From a virus, in IMG/VR virus record IMGVR_UViG_3300048672_000851, positions 1 to 64,000 of that record: a stretch of 64,000 bases of DNA, one strand, 5' to 3'. Position 1 is the stretch's first letter; every line of letters starts with the position of its first letter. The position numbers and the translations under genes are program-made. Below the pieces are notes generated by a model, which made no database searches, was not told the origin of the DNA, and saw only the letters and a list, made by a program, of their open reading frames with translations. Positions 1 to 9,268 of the stretch are shown here, one piece after another.

Positions 1-539
1 TAGTTAATTAATACTTGAGCGTAACTGTGTGGCAAATCAAGTTCTTGATTGAGTACATCAACACCAGTTTTCTCTAAACGTGGGTGTAATGATCTGTAAA
101 TAATAGAAATTCGTGCATCCTGTACTGGATAAGGAATTTGCAGTGTATTTAGTGCAGGAGTGAACAACGAATCTGTATCTGTCATGTCATTCAATGGAAC
201 AGGTAAACCGATTTCATTATAAACTTCTTCCACTTTGACAAGTAAATTATCAAATGGATCTGCCAAATCATCTAAATACTTTACTGGTTCAGTAGAACTT
301 GTGTTTGATTCAGCAAATGCTTTGTCTAATTTATAAAGTGTACGTGTACTTTGCTGTGTTAACAGTACTTCACGAATACGGAGAGGATAACGAGTGTAAA
401 TGTCAGTCAATGCAGAGTTAATGTAAGTAATTACTTTCTCATAATTAAATGGTGTAATCCCTTCTGCATCATTATGACCTAAGTTAGCTGAATTTAGCTC
501 ACTTAAGTTTAGTTCATCAATTAAGTCTTTCAGTAACAT
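1..539 (-). CDS. N4 gp67-like head-tail adaptor (3' end outside window)
   Basis: Not in ORF track. Read by hand from ATG at 539: MLLKDLIDELNLSELNSANLG...YINSALTDIYTRYPLRIREV; open to window edge; directly downstream of terminase as in N4. Confidence 0.7.
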   Translation of the reverse strand, partial: MLLKDLIDELNLSELNSANLGHNDAEGITPFNYEKVITYINSALTDIYTRYPLRIREVLLTQQSTRTLYKLDKAFAESNTSSTEPVKYLDDLADPFDNLLVKVEEVYNEIGLPVPLNDMTDTDSLFTPALNTLQIPYPVQDARISIIYRSLHPRLEKTGVDVLNQELDLPHSYAQVLIN

Positions 540-585
540 GTTGGCTGCTCCTTCTAGTATTCCCAGTATAGAGCAGCCAACCACC

Positions 586-2190
586 TCAAACAAGATAACT
601 ATTTAAAGAGTAGCCATCATCAGAGTCATCTTCATCAGACTCAAATACACCACCGCCAACGTGTTTTAAGTTCCCAGCTTCTTCAGAAGGATAAAATACG
701 TTTAGTAATGCTAATTGTGAAATTGTATCAATAAAATCATCATGCTTAGATTTAAATGAATCCTTAGAAGCAAGAGTTAATTCATTCATACACTCTTTCA
801 TTTCAACACTTTCTCTTAGTTCTTCTGGCCAATACATCTTACCTGCTTTGAACCAAGGAACTACAACGTTAAACCGCTGCATTTTATCTGTTGCTGGTCT
901 AATTCCCGGTGCATTACTGTTATTGCTTGAAGCCAAGTTAAAGAATACATTCCGTTCAACCATTTCTTTATTGAGCCAAGGAACAAAACCACCTTGTTGA
1001 CCCGTAACTTCAACACCAACAGATAATGGATTGTACATTGATACAAATCTGAATAATGCATCAACGTTTTTATCCATAGTATGACGAGCACAAATACCAT
1101 CAACCCAGAACCAGTAACCTTTATTATTAACAGCCCACACAGAAATCACACTAAAGTCAGCAGAGTTCTTAGCAGATGTTGCAAAGTCAGTAGTAATGTA
1201 GAAGTTGTACTTGGATTTATTCTTGAGTAATGTATTTCTTTCATACCAACGAATATCTGCATCAGTAATTAAGCGGTCATCAGAACTCATAATACGTAAC
1301 ATTAACTCTTGGTTAAATGAAGCAATCTCACCAGTTTGCATAGCAAGGTCATACTTCTCTTTAACGAACTCATACGTAAAACGGTCTGGCCAACTACCTC
1401 TGAATTCTTCTTTAGTACAAGGGAAGTGATCACAAACAGGAAATACGTTACTGTTCCATGCACCAGAACTAATTGCTTTATACAGTGGATCACGCTGGTT
1501 AAACGGTGTACCTGACCAGATGATCTTACTTGACTTAGGATGTAATGCGTAAGACACAGCTTTATATACTGTATCTTCAATAGATTTAATAACTGTTTCT
1601 GAACGTGCGTCTTCATCACTTACTAAGTCATCGAGTAATGCTATTGTAGGACGAGTACCCATTTCTTTAGCACCGCGAACACCAGTCTTAGCACCATAAC
1701 CTTTTGCAATAGTTGTTTTGTTATCTATGTTGGTAAACTCCCAACGGATATCAGTAAACCTTGCAGTAGGTACAAACTTCTGTAAGAAATCAGAATTCTC
1801 CCAACGGAACTCTAAGTTCTTACGCATGTTCTTTACACCGTTCTCAATACTATCCGATACATACAACAATAAGCTTGTATCATCAATGTAAGGTAACTCA
1901 TTGTACGTTGCGATATAAAGAATTAAATATTCACCAAATAGTGTAGTCTTTGCAGCACCACGATGAACCATGTTAGCTAATACCTTACTCGGTGTAGCTA
2001 ATTTATCTAACATCTTATAATGCAGGATAGGTGTTAAGTTTTCTTCACCATCACTACCGTTCACCAACTTAATAAAGCTAACAAACTTTAATGCAAACTC
2101 AGTAGGAACATAACTTAGATCATCAGCATAACTAACTTCATTAAGATATTCTTCTACTGTTTTCTTTGTAATGCTCTTAAGAGTTTCCAT
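586..2190 (-). CDS. terL: Terminase large subunit (N4 gp68-like)
   Basis: HRGAAKTT Walker A variant, LLDDL Walker B, SGTP coupling motif, TTDFA and KHDDFID nuclease motifs. Confidence 0.95.
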   Translation of the reverse strand: METLKSITKKTVEEYLNEVSYADDLSYVPTEFALKFVSFIKLVNGSDGEENLTPILHYKMLDKLATPSKVLANMVHRGAAKTTLFGEYLILYIATYNELPYIDDTSLLLYVSDSIENGVKNMRKNLEFRWENSDFLQKFVPTARFTDIRWEFTNIDNKTTIAKGYGAKTGVRGAKEMGTRPTIALLDDLVSDEDARSETVIKSIEDTVYKAVSYALHPKSSKIIWSGTPFNQRDPLYKAISSGAWNSNVFPVCDHFPCTKEEFRGSWPDRFTYEFVKEKYDLAMQTGEIASFNQELMLRIMSSDDRLITDADIRWYERNTLLKNKSKYNFYITTDFATSAKNSADFSVISVWAVNNKGYWFWVDGICARHTMDKNVDALFRFVSMYNPLSVGVEVTGQQGGFVPWLNKEMVERNVFFNLASSNNSNAPGIRPATDKMQRFNVVVPWFKAGKMYWPEELRESVEMKECMNELTLASKDSFKSKHDDFIDTISQLALLNVFYPSEEAGNLKHVGGGVFESDEDDSDDGYSLNSYLV

Positions 2191-2923
2191 TATCCACCTC
2201 GATTACTTCACCATCAATAATCAATCTGGATTCAGCTACATCTTTAGCACTTTGCAAACCTAAACTAATATTCTGTCTTTGTATTGCAGCTAACTCTGCT
2301 GTAGCAGCACGTAACTCTTGAATCATTGAACCTTGTGATTGGCCAATGTTTAATTCAATCTTCGTATCTTTCGGTGGAGCCAAATGAGATAACAATTTAT
2401 CCGCTGCTTCAACTGCTACCTTAGCACTTGTATTTGGATCTGCCATAATTAAAGCAAGCTTATTAATTGCTTCTTGCCTTAAATCATTATTAACAATATG
2501 CAGTGGTACAATACTTTGTTCTGTAATACGAACAACCAACTCATTCTTCGCATAAGCACTTGTATAAGCACTAATCTCTTTAGCTGATTTATTCGCTGCA
2601 ACTAATCTTTGGTATCTATCTGGAAATGTCTTTGCATAAGCCAGTTCATTTGTATCACCCAAAGCTCTGCAAGTAACAAACTGCACTGCATGAACATAAT
2701 CATTAATCTTAAACTTACCACCTGTAAGTACAGAAGTATAAGTAACTAGATTATTGCGATATTCTTCAGCGTATTCATCACTACTCAGAATATTATTCAC
2801 TGTATCAACAATATCTTGTGTAACCCTTACATTCACATTCTTAGGTACACAATGCTTTAACTGATCCAATGTCATTAAATTATTATTCGTTGCAATAACA
2901 TCAGTTGATCCAGTATCACTCAT
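2177..2923 (-). CDS. N4 gp69-like protein (putative terminase small subunit)
   Basis: Overlaps terL start; AYAKTFPDRY and AADKLLSHLAPP motifs recalled from N4-like gp69. Confidence 0.7.
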   Translation of the reverse strand: MSDTGSTDVIATNNNLMTLDQLKHCVPKNVNVRVTQDIVDTVNNILSSDEYAEEYRNNLVTYTSVLTGGKFKINDYVHAVQFVTCRALGDTNELAYAKTFPDRYQRLVAANKSAKEISAYTSAYAKNELVVRITEQSIVPLHIVNNDLRQEAINKLALIMADPNTSAKVAVEAADKLLSHLAPPKDTKIELNIGQSQGSMIQELRAATAELAAIQRQNISLGLQSAKDVAESRLIIDGEVIEVDNGNS

Positions 2924-3344
2924 TATCTTTTACCTCTTGATTCACAGCGTAATCCCAATGCTCTTTACATGCTTGGTAGTTATTAAAGTTAGGTAATATA
3001 AAATCTGGGTTAATAAGAAACACACTCTTATCAATCCTTACTACCAACTTCTTATCTTTTAATTCTTTATAGCCCCTTGCACCCCTCTGCTTCTCTGCAC
3101 TACTAAGATTCTTCAACTCCATCTTCACAACATTATTATTATAATCTCGTTGCGCAATTAAATTCCAAATCAACCAATGTGCAGACACGCTTAATTCCAT
3201 CATTATGTGTGCTGTCTTCTTCACTTCATCTTCATTGTACATAGTCATTCCTAATGCAATAAACTTATGCTTAGTTTTATACTTTTTCCTTTCACTTACA
3301 ACCACTTCCTTATCGTCACTTACCTTAACTGTAATCTCGGCCAT
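2916..3344 (-). CDS. RepL-like winged-helix DNA-binding protein, copy 1
   Basis: C-terminal KELKDKKLVVRIDKSVFLINPDF fits the RepL-type LxxxxlI...Y/FxINP signature; start re-called to ATG 3344 after a GAGGT RBS. Confidence 0.55.
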   Translation of the reverse strand: MAEITVKVSDDKEVVVSERKKYKTKHKFIALGMTMYNEDEVKKTAHIMMELSVSAHWLIWNLIAQRDYNNNVVKMELKNLSSAEKQRGARGYKELKDKKLVVRIDKSVFLINPDFILPNFNNYQACKEHWDYAVNQEVKDNE

Positions 3345-3354
3345 ACCTACCTCG

Positions 3355-3575
3355 AAAATACTGAGGGTATTTTTACACCCTTCCAAAAATACTGTGGGTA
3401 TTTTACACTCGACTTAACCTATTGAAAAATAAAAGGTTTTTTCCATATATATACATATATATCGCTGGATTTCTCATTTTTACTCTTATGCTTCACACTC
3501 GGACAGTCGTTCTTCCGTCTATTGGCTCCGCTATCGCTACGCCAAGACACGAACTTACTTTCCTCGTGTGAAGCT
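3355..3575 (-). promoter_or_regulatory. Origin/operator-like module upstream of RepL-like copy 1
   Basis: Palindromes AAAATAC-N5-GTATTTT at 3355 and 3386; (AT)n tract ~3445-3462; stem GCTTCACAC/GTGTGAAGC 3490-3574. Confidence 0.6.
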
Positions 3576-3630
3576 AACACCCGATAGTTATCGTGTAACA
3601 GGATGCATTATAGGAGCTATTAGAAGTAAC

Positions 3631-3727
3631 TACAAAATGTATTTTCTATAGGTAATTTTTAAAATTTTTTATAGGGAAATTAAGGAGATACAAAACGTAT
3701 TGCTTAAGGTAAATTTTGAAATTTTAG
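3631..3727. repeat. Imperfect ~39 bp direct repeat near the probable genome terminus
   Basis: TACAAAATGTATT..AGGTAATTTTTAAAATTTT at 3631 vs TACAAAACGTATT..AGGTAAATTTTGAAATTTT at 3689. Confidence 0.5.
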
Positions 3728-3824
3728 TATGAGTGCATTACTTGATCACTCAAAGAGAAAAACCGACTATCCCCCCCCATATCAAATATGAATTTGAACT
3801 TTTCCCTTCTACAAAATAACAACC

Positions 3825-3849
3825 TTGCACACATACGTGTGTAATAGGA
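3825..3849 (+). promoter_or_regulatory. Early vRNAP hairpin promoter P1
   Basis: CACAC-ATAC-GTGTG followed by TAATAGGA, upstream of first early gene. Confidence 0.7.
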
Positions 3850-3893
3850 TGTAACGTGCATCCAATCATTAATAACCTTATAAGGAATCTACC

Positions 3894-4124
3894 ATGTCTA
3901 ATACAACTCAAGCTCAAGCAAAGACCAAAGGACCAATCGGTATGATCATGTCAGCTATTGCACGTATGTTTGGTGCTGTAGCTCACACTGCTGGTACTGT
4001 TGAAAAGGCAGCAGCATTAGCCAACATCTACATGGCTAATCAAGTTAAGCTAACTCTGTCTGAAAACAATTTAGACAAATCAAATCTTGATGAAAATCAA
4101 GCCACAATGGACTCTCTGCTGTAA
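3894..4124 (+). CDS. Early hypothetical protein
   Basis: AAGGA RBS; lies between hairpin promoter and terminator. Confidence 0.75.
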   Translation: MSNTTQAQAKTKGPIGMIMSAIARMFGAVAHTAGTVEKAAALANIYMANQVKLTLSENNLDKSNLDENQATMDSLL

Positions 4125-4131
4125 GCACCTT

Positions 4132-4159
4132 AAGCCAACCTTCGGGTTGGCTTTTTTTT
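4132..4159 (+). terminator. Rho-independent terminator
   Basis: AAGCCAACC-TTCG-GGTTGGCTT followed by a T run. Confidence 0.9.
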
Positions 4160-4284
4160 ACCTACGCTTTCACCTAAAAGTAAAAGCATTAAGGGCTTCA
4201 CCTAAGAGCATTCACCTAAATACCTTAGAGATAGTACGTTAAATACAAAGAGTAACCTAATTTACCATTTAGATTTAACTACAT

Positions 4285-4309
4285 TTACCTGCATACGCAG
4301 GTAATAGGA
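4285..4309 (+). promoter_or_regulatory. Early vRNAP hairpin promoter P2
   Basis: TTACCTGC-ATAC-GCAGGTAA then TAGGA. Confidence 0.75.
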
Positions 4310-4352
4310 TTGCTAGAAGAATCTAGCTAAATTAATTAATTAGGAGATACAA

Positions 4353-4661
4353 ATGAAATTATTAACTGAATCGAACAACGTGGCGAAATCAAGCAATGGT
4401 GGCGAATACGCCACTGGGTTTAAACTGAATGCATTAATCAATGGTTATTACCAAGTGACCGTTGACAGAGCTTTTCAATCTGATTATGAAGGCTCTTATC
4501 TTCATGATTGGTACATCAGTGCTGACTCTGAAGATTCAGCAGAACAAGTTGTTCTGTCAAACTCACAAGAGTTTGCAAGACAGGTCAACAACCCAGTTGG
4601 GTTGTCGTTTGCTGAATTGCCTTTCGAGGTAAGGCAGTATATCCATAAACTACCAGAGTAA
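4353..4661 (+). CDS. Early hypothetical protein
   Basis: AGGAG RBS; own promoter and terminator. Confidence 0.75.
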   Translation: MKLLTESNNVAKSSNGGEYATGFKLNALINGYYQVTVDRAFQSDYEGSYLHDWYISADSEDSAEQVVLSNSQEFARQVNNPVGLSFAELPFEVRQYIHKLPE

Positions 4662-4678
4662 TCTGGTAGTTTTTTTTT
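4647..4678 (+). terminator. Rho-independent terminator
   Basis: AACTACCAGA-GTAA-TCTGGTAGTT plus T run. Confidence 0.85.
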
Positions 4679-4833
4679 ATCTATCTAAATAATGCTTGGT
4701 GTCTAGCAACGGACATTTCACTGAAATGTCCTGCCATAGACACCTGCGCTACGAATATTAATTAATCACCTAAAAGATTATTCACCTAAAAGCCTTTGCA
4801 ATAGATAGCACTGTTTGTAATTAGACATTGTTA

Positions 4834-4856
4834 ACATGCATACGCATGTAAATGGA
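4834..4856 (+). promoter_or_regulatory. Early vRNAP hairpin promoter P3
   Basis: ACATGC-ATAC-GCATGT then AAATGGA. Confidence 0.7.
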
Positions 4857-4897
4857 ATAGTTTAGATTAGCTAAACTAAAGATAGAGAGGAACTATC

Positions 4898-5110
4898 ATG
4901 CTTTTACAAGATAACTTAGATACTACAGCAGATGTATTTATTTCATTGTTTGGTACTACGATTCAAAATCATAAGTATGTTGCAGCACGCAACGACTTAG
5001 TAGTGCATGAAACAATTCGGTCATTTGGTGGCCGAGTAGATGGCAATAGTGTTCAATTTCCAGATAACAGCACTGTTGTTTGGGAAAGTGAAGATTGGAA
5101 TTATATGTAA
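4898..5110 (+). CDS. Early hypothetical protein
   Basis: GAGG RBS, downstream of P3. Confidence 0.7.
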   Translation: MLLQDNLDTTADVFISLFGTTIQNHKYVAARNDLVVHETIRSFGGRVDGNSVQFPDNSTVVWESEDWNYM

Positions 5111-5151
5111 GGTAGCCTTGTGCTGCCTTACTTTTAAATTAGGAGATACAC

Positions 5152-5355
5152 ATGTCTACAGAAAATTGGTTAGTAGTTTCATTCATTTATAACTGTATCC
5201 TGATTGCTTATGTAATCTGGAAACGTCCAGAAATTAAGGTAGGTGAAAAGATTATCTTTATTTGTAAGAAAGATAAGCAATTTCATTATCTACTTTCTGG
5301 ATTGGTAGAAACAGCAATCAGAAGATATGTAGAGGGTAAAAATGGACGGAGTTGA
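5152..5355 (+). CDS. Small membrane-anchored early protein
   Basis: AGGAG RBS; N-terminal hydrophobic helix. Confidence 0.65.
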   Translation: MSTENWLVVSFIYNCILIAYVIWKRPEIKVGEKIIFICKKDKQFHYLLSGLVETAIRRYVEGKNGRS

Positions 5356-5416
5356 TTTACTTGTTTTAATACTGGTTGCTATTGGAGCAATCATTGCTTG
5401 GAATAAGGAGTAAGTA

Positions 5417-5629
5417 ATGAGTAAACGTACAGTACATGCGCTAGGTTATGTAGTGCTTATTCTAATTGGTTTGTTAATTGGCTTAAATAAAGCTATTGAA
5501 CAAAACCATGAAATGTACCTGACTGAATCAGCTTGTGTTAAAGAGCTAGTTGAGTCAGGTGTACCACGTAAAGACATTATTCTTAATGGCTTAGGTGGTT
5601 GTTATGTAAAATCAGACCTGTCTAAGTGA
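5417..5629 (+). CDS. Small membrane-anchored early protein
   Basis: AAGGAG RBS; N-terminal hydrophobic helix. Confidence 0.65.
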   Translation: MSKRTVHALGYVVLILIGLLIGLNKAIEQNHEMYLTESACVKELVESGVPRKDIILNGLGGCYVKSDLSK

Positions 5630-5643
5630 CAGGTCTTTTAAAA

Positions 5644-5666
5644 ACAGGCATTCGCCTGTAATGGGA
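5644..5666 (+). promoter_or_regulatory. Early vRNAP hairpin promoter P4
   Basis: ACAGGC-ATTC-GCCTGT then AATGGG. Confidence 0.75.
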
Positions 5667-5713
5667 ACAATTCCGTTCCGTTTCAATAATTTAATTAATA
5701 CTGAGGTGATATT

Positions 5714-6037
5714 ATGGGTTTACAACGTGCTTCGGCAGCAAAGAAACCAGCAGGTAAGAAAGGTAACGAAACTCAGCTTGAAAAGGCTGATGCATGGTTA
5801 AAGATGGCTCTGGTTGATAATAACGGTGGTCGTCACAACCTTCGTCGTGATATGGCAGCTTACATTGATCAAGACAAAGTGCTCAAAGCTATGTATCAAC
5901 GTGAGTTAGCAAATCAAGCTGAGTTTGCCAAGATTCAAGAGCAAAATCCTTCATTGGAATATGCTCCGCGTAAGTTCACATTTGAAGCGTGGTTATACAT
6001 TCCGGTTGAGAAACCTGAAGTAGAAATTCCGCTGTAA
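5714..6037 (+). CDS. N4 gp2/Drc-like ssDNA-binding activator of RNAP II
   Basis: EKADAWLKM resembles gp2 PKAQFWLNI; size and early position upstream of RNAP II genes. Confidence 0.5.
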   Translation: MGLQRASAAKKPAGKKGNETQLEKADAWLKMALVDNNGGRHNLRRDMAAYIDQDKVLKAMYQRELANQAEFAKIQEQNPSLEYAPRKFTFEAWLYIPVEKPEVEIPL

Positions 6038-6043
6038 ACATTT

Positions 6044-6077
6044 AAGCATCTGCCTTCGGGTAGGTGCTTTGTTTTTT
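6044..6077 (+). terminator. Rho-independent terminator
   Basis: AAGCATCTGCC-TTCG-GGTAGGTGCTT plus T-rich tail. Confidence 0.85.
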
Positions 6078-6140
6078 CCATTCACCTATATCACCTAATA
6101 GCTTTTGCATCTCTCACCAAACGCTCTGTATTCACGTAAG

Positions 6141-6162
6141 ACAGGCATTCGCCTGTTACTGG
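6141..6162 (+). promoter_or_regulatory. Early vRNAP hairpin promoter P5
   Basis: ACAGGC-ATTC-GCCTGT, identical to the P4 core, then TACTGG. Confidence 0.7.
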
Positions 6163-6186
6163 TGCAGACGTCTAGGAGGAACCGAC

Positions 6187-6699
6187 ATGCATGATTTGAC
6201 TGGCGTAGGTTTGTTTGAAATTGATGTTGATGCTGTGTGCATCAGCACCAATGGCTTTGTTACCAGCAATGGTAACTGTGTGATGGGTCGTGGTTGTGCC
6301 TTTGAAGCAGCCAATCTATTTCCTGATGTACCACGCACGCTAGGAACCATGATACGCAATCATGGAAATATCGTGCAGGTAGTTAAGGTTATTGATGGAT
6401 GCAGCCTTGTGGCCTTTCCTGTAAAGCATACGAGTGGCATTTGCACTGGTGATAACGTTGTGAGCCATGCTCGATTTAAATATCCCAGAGGAACCACTGT
6501 GCCGGGCTTTCATTTGAAGGCCAGTATGAGCTTGATCATAAAGTCAGCCTTCGAGTTAAAGCAACTGGCTGATATGAAAGGCTGGAAGACTGTGGCATTG
6601 CCACGGGTAGGTTGTGGTGCAGGAGAGCTTGATTGGAATGCTGTGAAACCAGTATTGCAATCCATGCTAGATGACCGATTTATAGCCGTTACAAAATAA
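6187..6699 (+). CDS. Macrodomain ADP-ribosylhydrolase (TARG1/DarG-like)
   Basis: TN..VMGRGCA, AFPVK, ALPRVGCGAGELDW motifs; start re-called to ATG 6187 after AGGAGG. Confidence 0.85.
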   Translation: MHDLTGVGLFEIDVDAVCISTNGFVTSNGNCVMGRGCAFEAANLFPDVPRTLGTMIRNHGNIVQVVKVIDGCSLVAFPVKHTSGICTGDNVVSHARFKYPRGTTVPGFHLKASMSLIIKSAFELKQLADMKGWKTVALPRVGCGAGELDWNAVKPVLQSMLDDRFIAVTK

Positions 6700-6725
6700 C
6701 GGCTTTGTTCTAGTGAGAGGAAGCT

Positions 6726-7652
6726 ATGGACATTAAGCGTTTAAAACAAGAAGTGTTAGAAGACATGTACTCTAGAACCAATAACAAATTGAGAATACTC
6801 AAGGAGATAGAAGGTTCAGAAGAACTCTTAGAACACATTGATAAAGTAACGTTAGAGGTTATTAACTGGCTTAAAGAACCAGCTAGTTATACTTCATTAA
6901 ATATCCTTAAAGAACGTATGGTGAAGTATAAGCCAGATGATATTAAGGAACTGATTATCGAGGTGTTTAGCGTGGTTCTGTTTGATAATAGAGCCAAGAC
7001 TATTCAACAGGTAGCTGGTGCTGGCATACCATTCTTTGCTGATACATTTCTACCATTTGATGCTGTGAAAATTACAGCAGAAATAGTGGGTATTATGTGC
7101 TCATTGGATTTAGTTGATGTTATTCCAGCAATGGAAGGACAGACTGAATATACAATGGTGCAAACTGATTATGAATTGACTCAAGATATTATTGATAAGA
7201 TTCATGAAACTAAGTATATGCCACCAATGATTGTGAAACCAAATCATGTAAGAAAGGTTAAAGATAATGCTTATCTAACCTTTAAATCTAACATGATTCT
7301 AGGAGATAAACACAATCAACATGATATGGGTATTAGCTTGGATGTAGTTAACATTCAAAATAGTATCCCATTACGATTAAATGAGTTTGTACTTGGATTA
7401 AGAGAGGAATCCAGCAAACCATTAGATACACCTGAGAAGATTCATAACTTCACACGTATGACTTCTGCTAGTCGGGATGTTTATAACTTGATTATGGAAA
7501 CAGGTAATGTTTTCTACAATACACATGCATTTGATATGCGTGGAAGATTGTATAGTCAAGGTTATTATGTCCATATTCAATCAACTGAATACAAGAAAGC
7601 TCTGATAGATTTCTACTATCAAGAGGTAATTACACACGAAATTGAGGAATAA
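6726..7652 (+). CDS. RNA polymerase II subunit 1 (N4 gp15-like)
   Basis: YMPPMIVKP and FDMRGRLYSQGY (DxRGR) motifs. Confidence 0.9.
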   Translation: MDIKRLKQEVLEDMYSRTNNKLRILKEIEGSEELLEHIDKVTLEVINWLKEPASYTSLNILKERMVKYKPDDIKELIIEVFSVVLFDNRAKTIQQVAGAGIPFFADTFLPFDAVKITAEIVGIMCSLDLVDVIPAMEGQTEYTMVQTDYELTQDIIDKIHETKYMPPMIVKPNHVRKVKDNAYLTFKSNMILGDKHNQHDMGISLDVVNIQNSIPLRLNEFVLGLREESSKPLDTPEKIHNFTRMTSASRDVYNLIMETGNVFYNTHAFDMRGRLYSQGYYVHIQSTEYKKALIDFYYQEVITHEIEE

Positions 7653-7656
7653 AGTG

Positions 7657-8646
7657 ATGCAATTATTTAGCGGTATTGATTACATTAAGATTGCTGTAGC
7701 AAATGCTTATGGTTTAGACCGTGAGAACTGGGATGTACGATTAGATTGGTTTGACCGTCATATCAATCATTTACCAGCTATGATACCTACAGCAAAAGAA
7801 CCAATTAAATATCAGAAGGCATTAAAGGCATTTGATGATGCTTTGAATTACCGTCCTACTGGTTATTTAATGGAATTAGACGCAACTGCGTCTGGTTTAC
7901 AAGTATTTGCTGCATTAACTGGCTGTCATGATACGGCTCGCAATACAAACTTACTACCTAACTACGACAGGCTATGTCCTTACAACAGCACAGCATTAGC
8001 AATGTCTGCGCTAAGTAATAAAACATTTAGCCGAGATGAAGTTAAGAAACCATTAATGACGGTGTTCTATGGGAGTAAAGAACAACCTAAATTAATATTT
8101 GGTGATGGTACAGATGAATTAAATGCTTTCTATGGTGCATTAAACCAAGAGTTTAAAGGTGCAGTAGAAGCATTGGCTGATATTCAAAGCTGTTGGCAAC
8201 CAGACCAAGATTACCATTCATGGACATTACCTGATGGCCATGTTGCTTATGTTCCTGTTCGTGTTGATGAAACCAAAATCATTGAAGTGGATACACTAGG
8301 TGGTTTGAAGTTTACTCAATCTGCAACTGTAGTGGCTCCAAGTGAATCAGGCATATCACTGGCTGCAAATATCGTTCACTCTGTGGATGGTTACGTATGT
8401 CGTGAAATGATTCGTCGTTGCTATGCCGAGAACTTTCGTATTCTAACTGTTCACGATGCATTCTTTGCATCTCCGAATAAGATGAATCGTGTTCGCTTTC
8501 ACTACAAGGAAATCTTGGCCGAGATTGCAGAATCCAATTTGTTATCTGAAATCTTGTCCGAAATCTGTGATGAACCTCTTGAGTTCACAAAGTTTAGTCT
8601 GGATTTAGGTTCTGCTATCCGTGAATCCAACTATGCCCTGTCATAA
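7657..8646 (+). CDS. RNA polymerase II subunit 2 (N4 gp16-like)
   Basis: LDATASGLQ (motif A), RDEVKKPLMTVFYG (motif B), ANIVHSVDG, VHDAF (motif C), C-terminal YALS. Confidence 0.95.
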   Translation: MQLFSGIDYIKIAVANAYGLDRENWDVRLDWFDRHINHLPAMIPTAKEPIKYQKALKAFDDALNYRPTGYLMELDATASGLQVFAALTGCHDTARNTNLLPNYDRLCPYNSTALAMSALSNKTFSRDEVKKPLMTVFYGSKEQPKLIFGDGTDELNAFYGALNQEFKGAVEALADIQSCWQPDQDYHSWTLPDGHVAYVPVRVDETKIIEVDTLGGLKFTQSATVVAPSESGISLAANIVHSVDGYVCREMIRRCYAENFRILTVHDAFFASPNKMNRVRFHYKEILAEIAESNLLSEILSEICDEPLEFTKFSLDLGSAIRESNYALS

Positions 8647-8682
8647 GTAAAGGCAAGTAAACGATTAAAATATGATCAATTC

Positions 8683-8719
8683 AGTGTGCTCCGCACACTT
8701 GGATTGGTCTATTTTTTTT
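8683..8719 (+). promoter_or_regulatory. GC-TCC-GC hairpin (N4-promoter-like; may also act as terminator)
   Basis: AGTGTGC-TCC-GCACACT inside a longer stem followed by a T run. Confidence 0.55.
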
Positions 8720-8831
8720 CCTAAATGGACTCTAAAGGGGTATAGAAAAAAACCTAAATCCCAAGTCAAACAAAGATAGTGATTTGGCTAAATTCAACCC
8801 AAACACTAACAACTCCCATGAGGAACCCAAA

Positions 8832-9266
8832 ATGTTCGGATCATTCTTTAAAAAAGCTAACCGCACTATTGAAGCGGTAAAGAAATTTGAAAACAAAGAT
8901 CTGGTTGAAGCTACCGTTGCCAGTGCGTTACTGATTGCTGCTGCTGATGGCACTATCGAAGATGAAGAAGTTGCCAAGCTGCAAGAAATCATCGAAGCAT
9001 TACCAGCAATGCAAGGCCACCAAGCAGAAATCGGTAACATTGTTGACCGTTACACCAAACTGCTGAAAGCTGGCTTTATGCTGGGTAAAGTACAACTGAT
9101 GCGTGAAATCAAAGACTGCAAAGGCAGTGAACAAGAATGTGAAGACATTGTTGTTGTTGCACTGACTGTTGCAAGCGCTGATGGTGAAATGGAAGATGCT
9201 GAAGTAGCTGTTCTGAAAGACATCTGCAAAGCATTGAACGTATCTCCAAGCCAATTTGGTTTGTAA
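8832..9266 (+). CDS. TerB-family protein (P1 TciA-like)
   Basis: Two ADG..E..E repeats (IAAADGTIEDEE, VASADGEMEDAE); start re-called to ATG 8832 after GAGGA. Confidence 0.9.
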   Translation: MFGSFFKKANRTIEAVKKFENKDLVEATVASALLIAAADGTIEDEEVAKLQEIIEALPAMQGHQAEIGNIVDRYTKLLKAGFMLGKVQLMREIKDCKGSEQECEDIVVVALTVASADGEMEDAEVAVLKDICKALNVSPSQFGL

Positions 9267-9268
9267 TC

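Noticed and set aside
6064-6186. N-terminal extension of the macrodomain ORF (likewise track starts at 3386, 8784, 12771, 18049, 31854, 52716)
   Set aside because: Extensions run through terminators, promoters, the tRNA or neighbouring genes; downstream ATGs have clear RBSs
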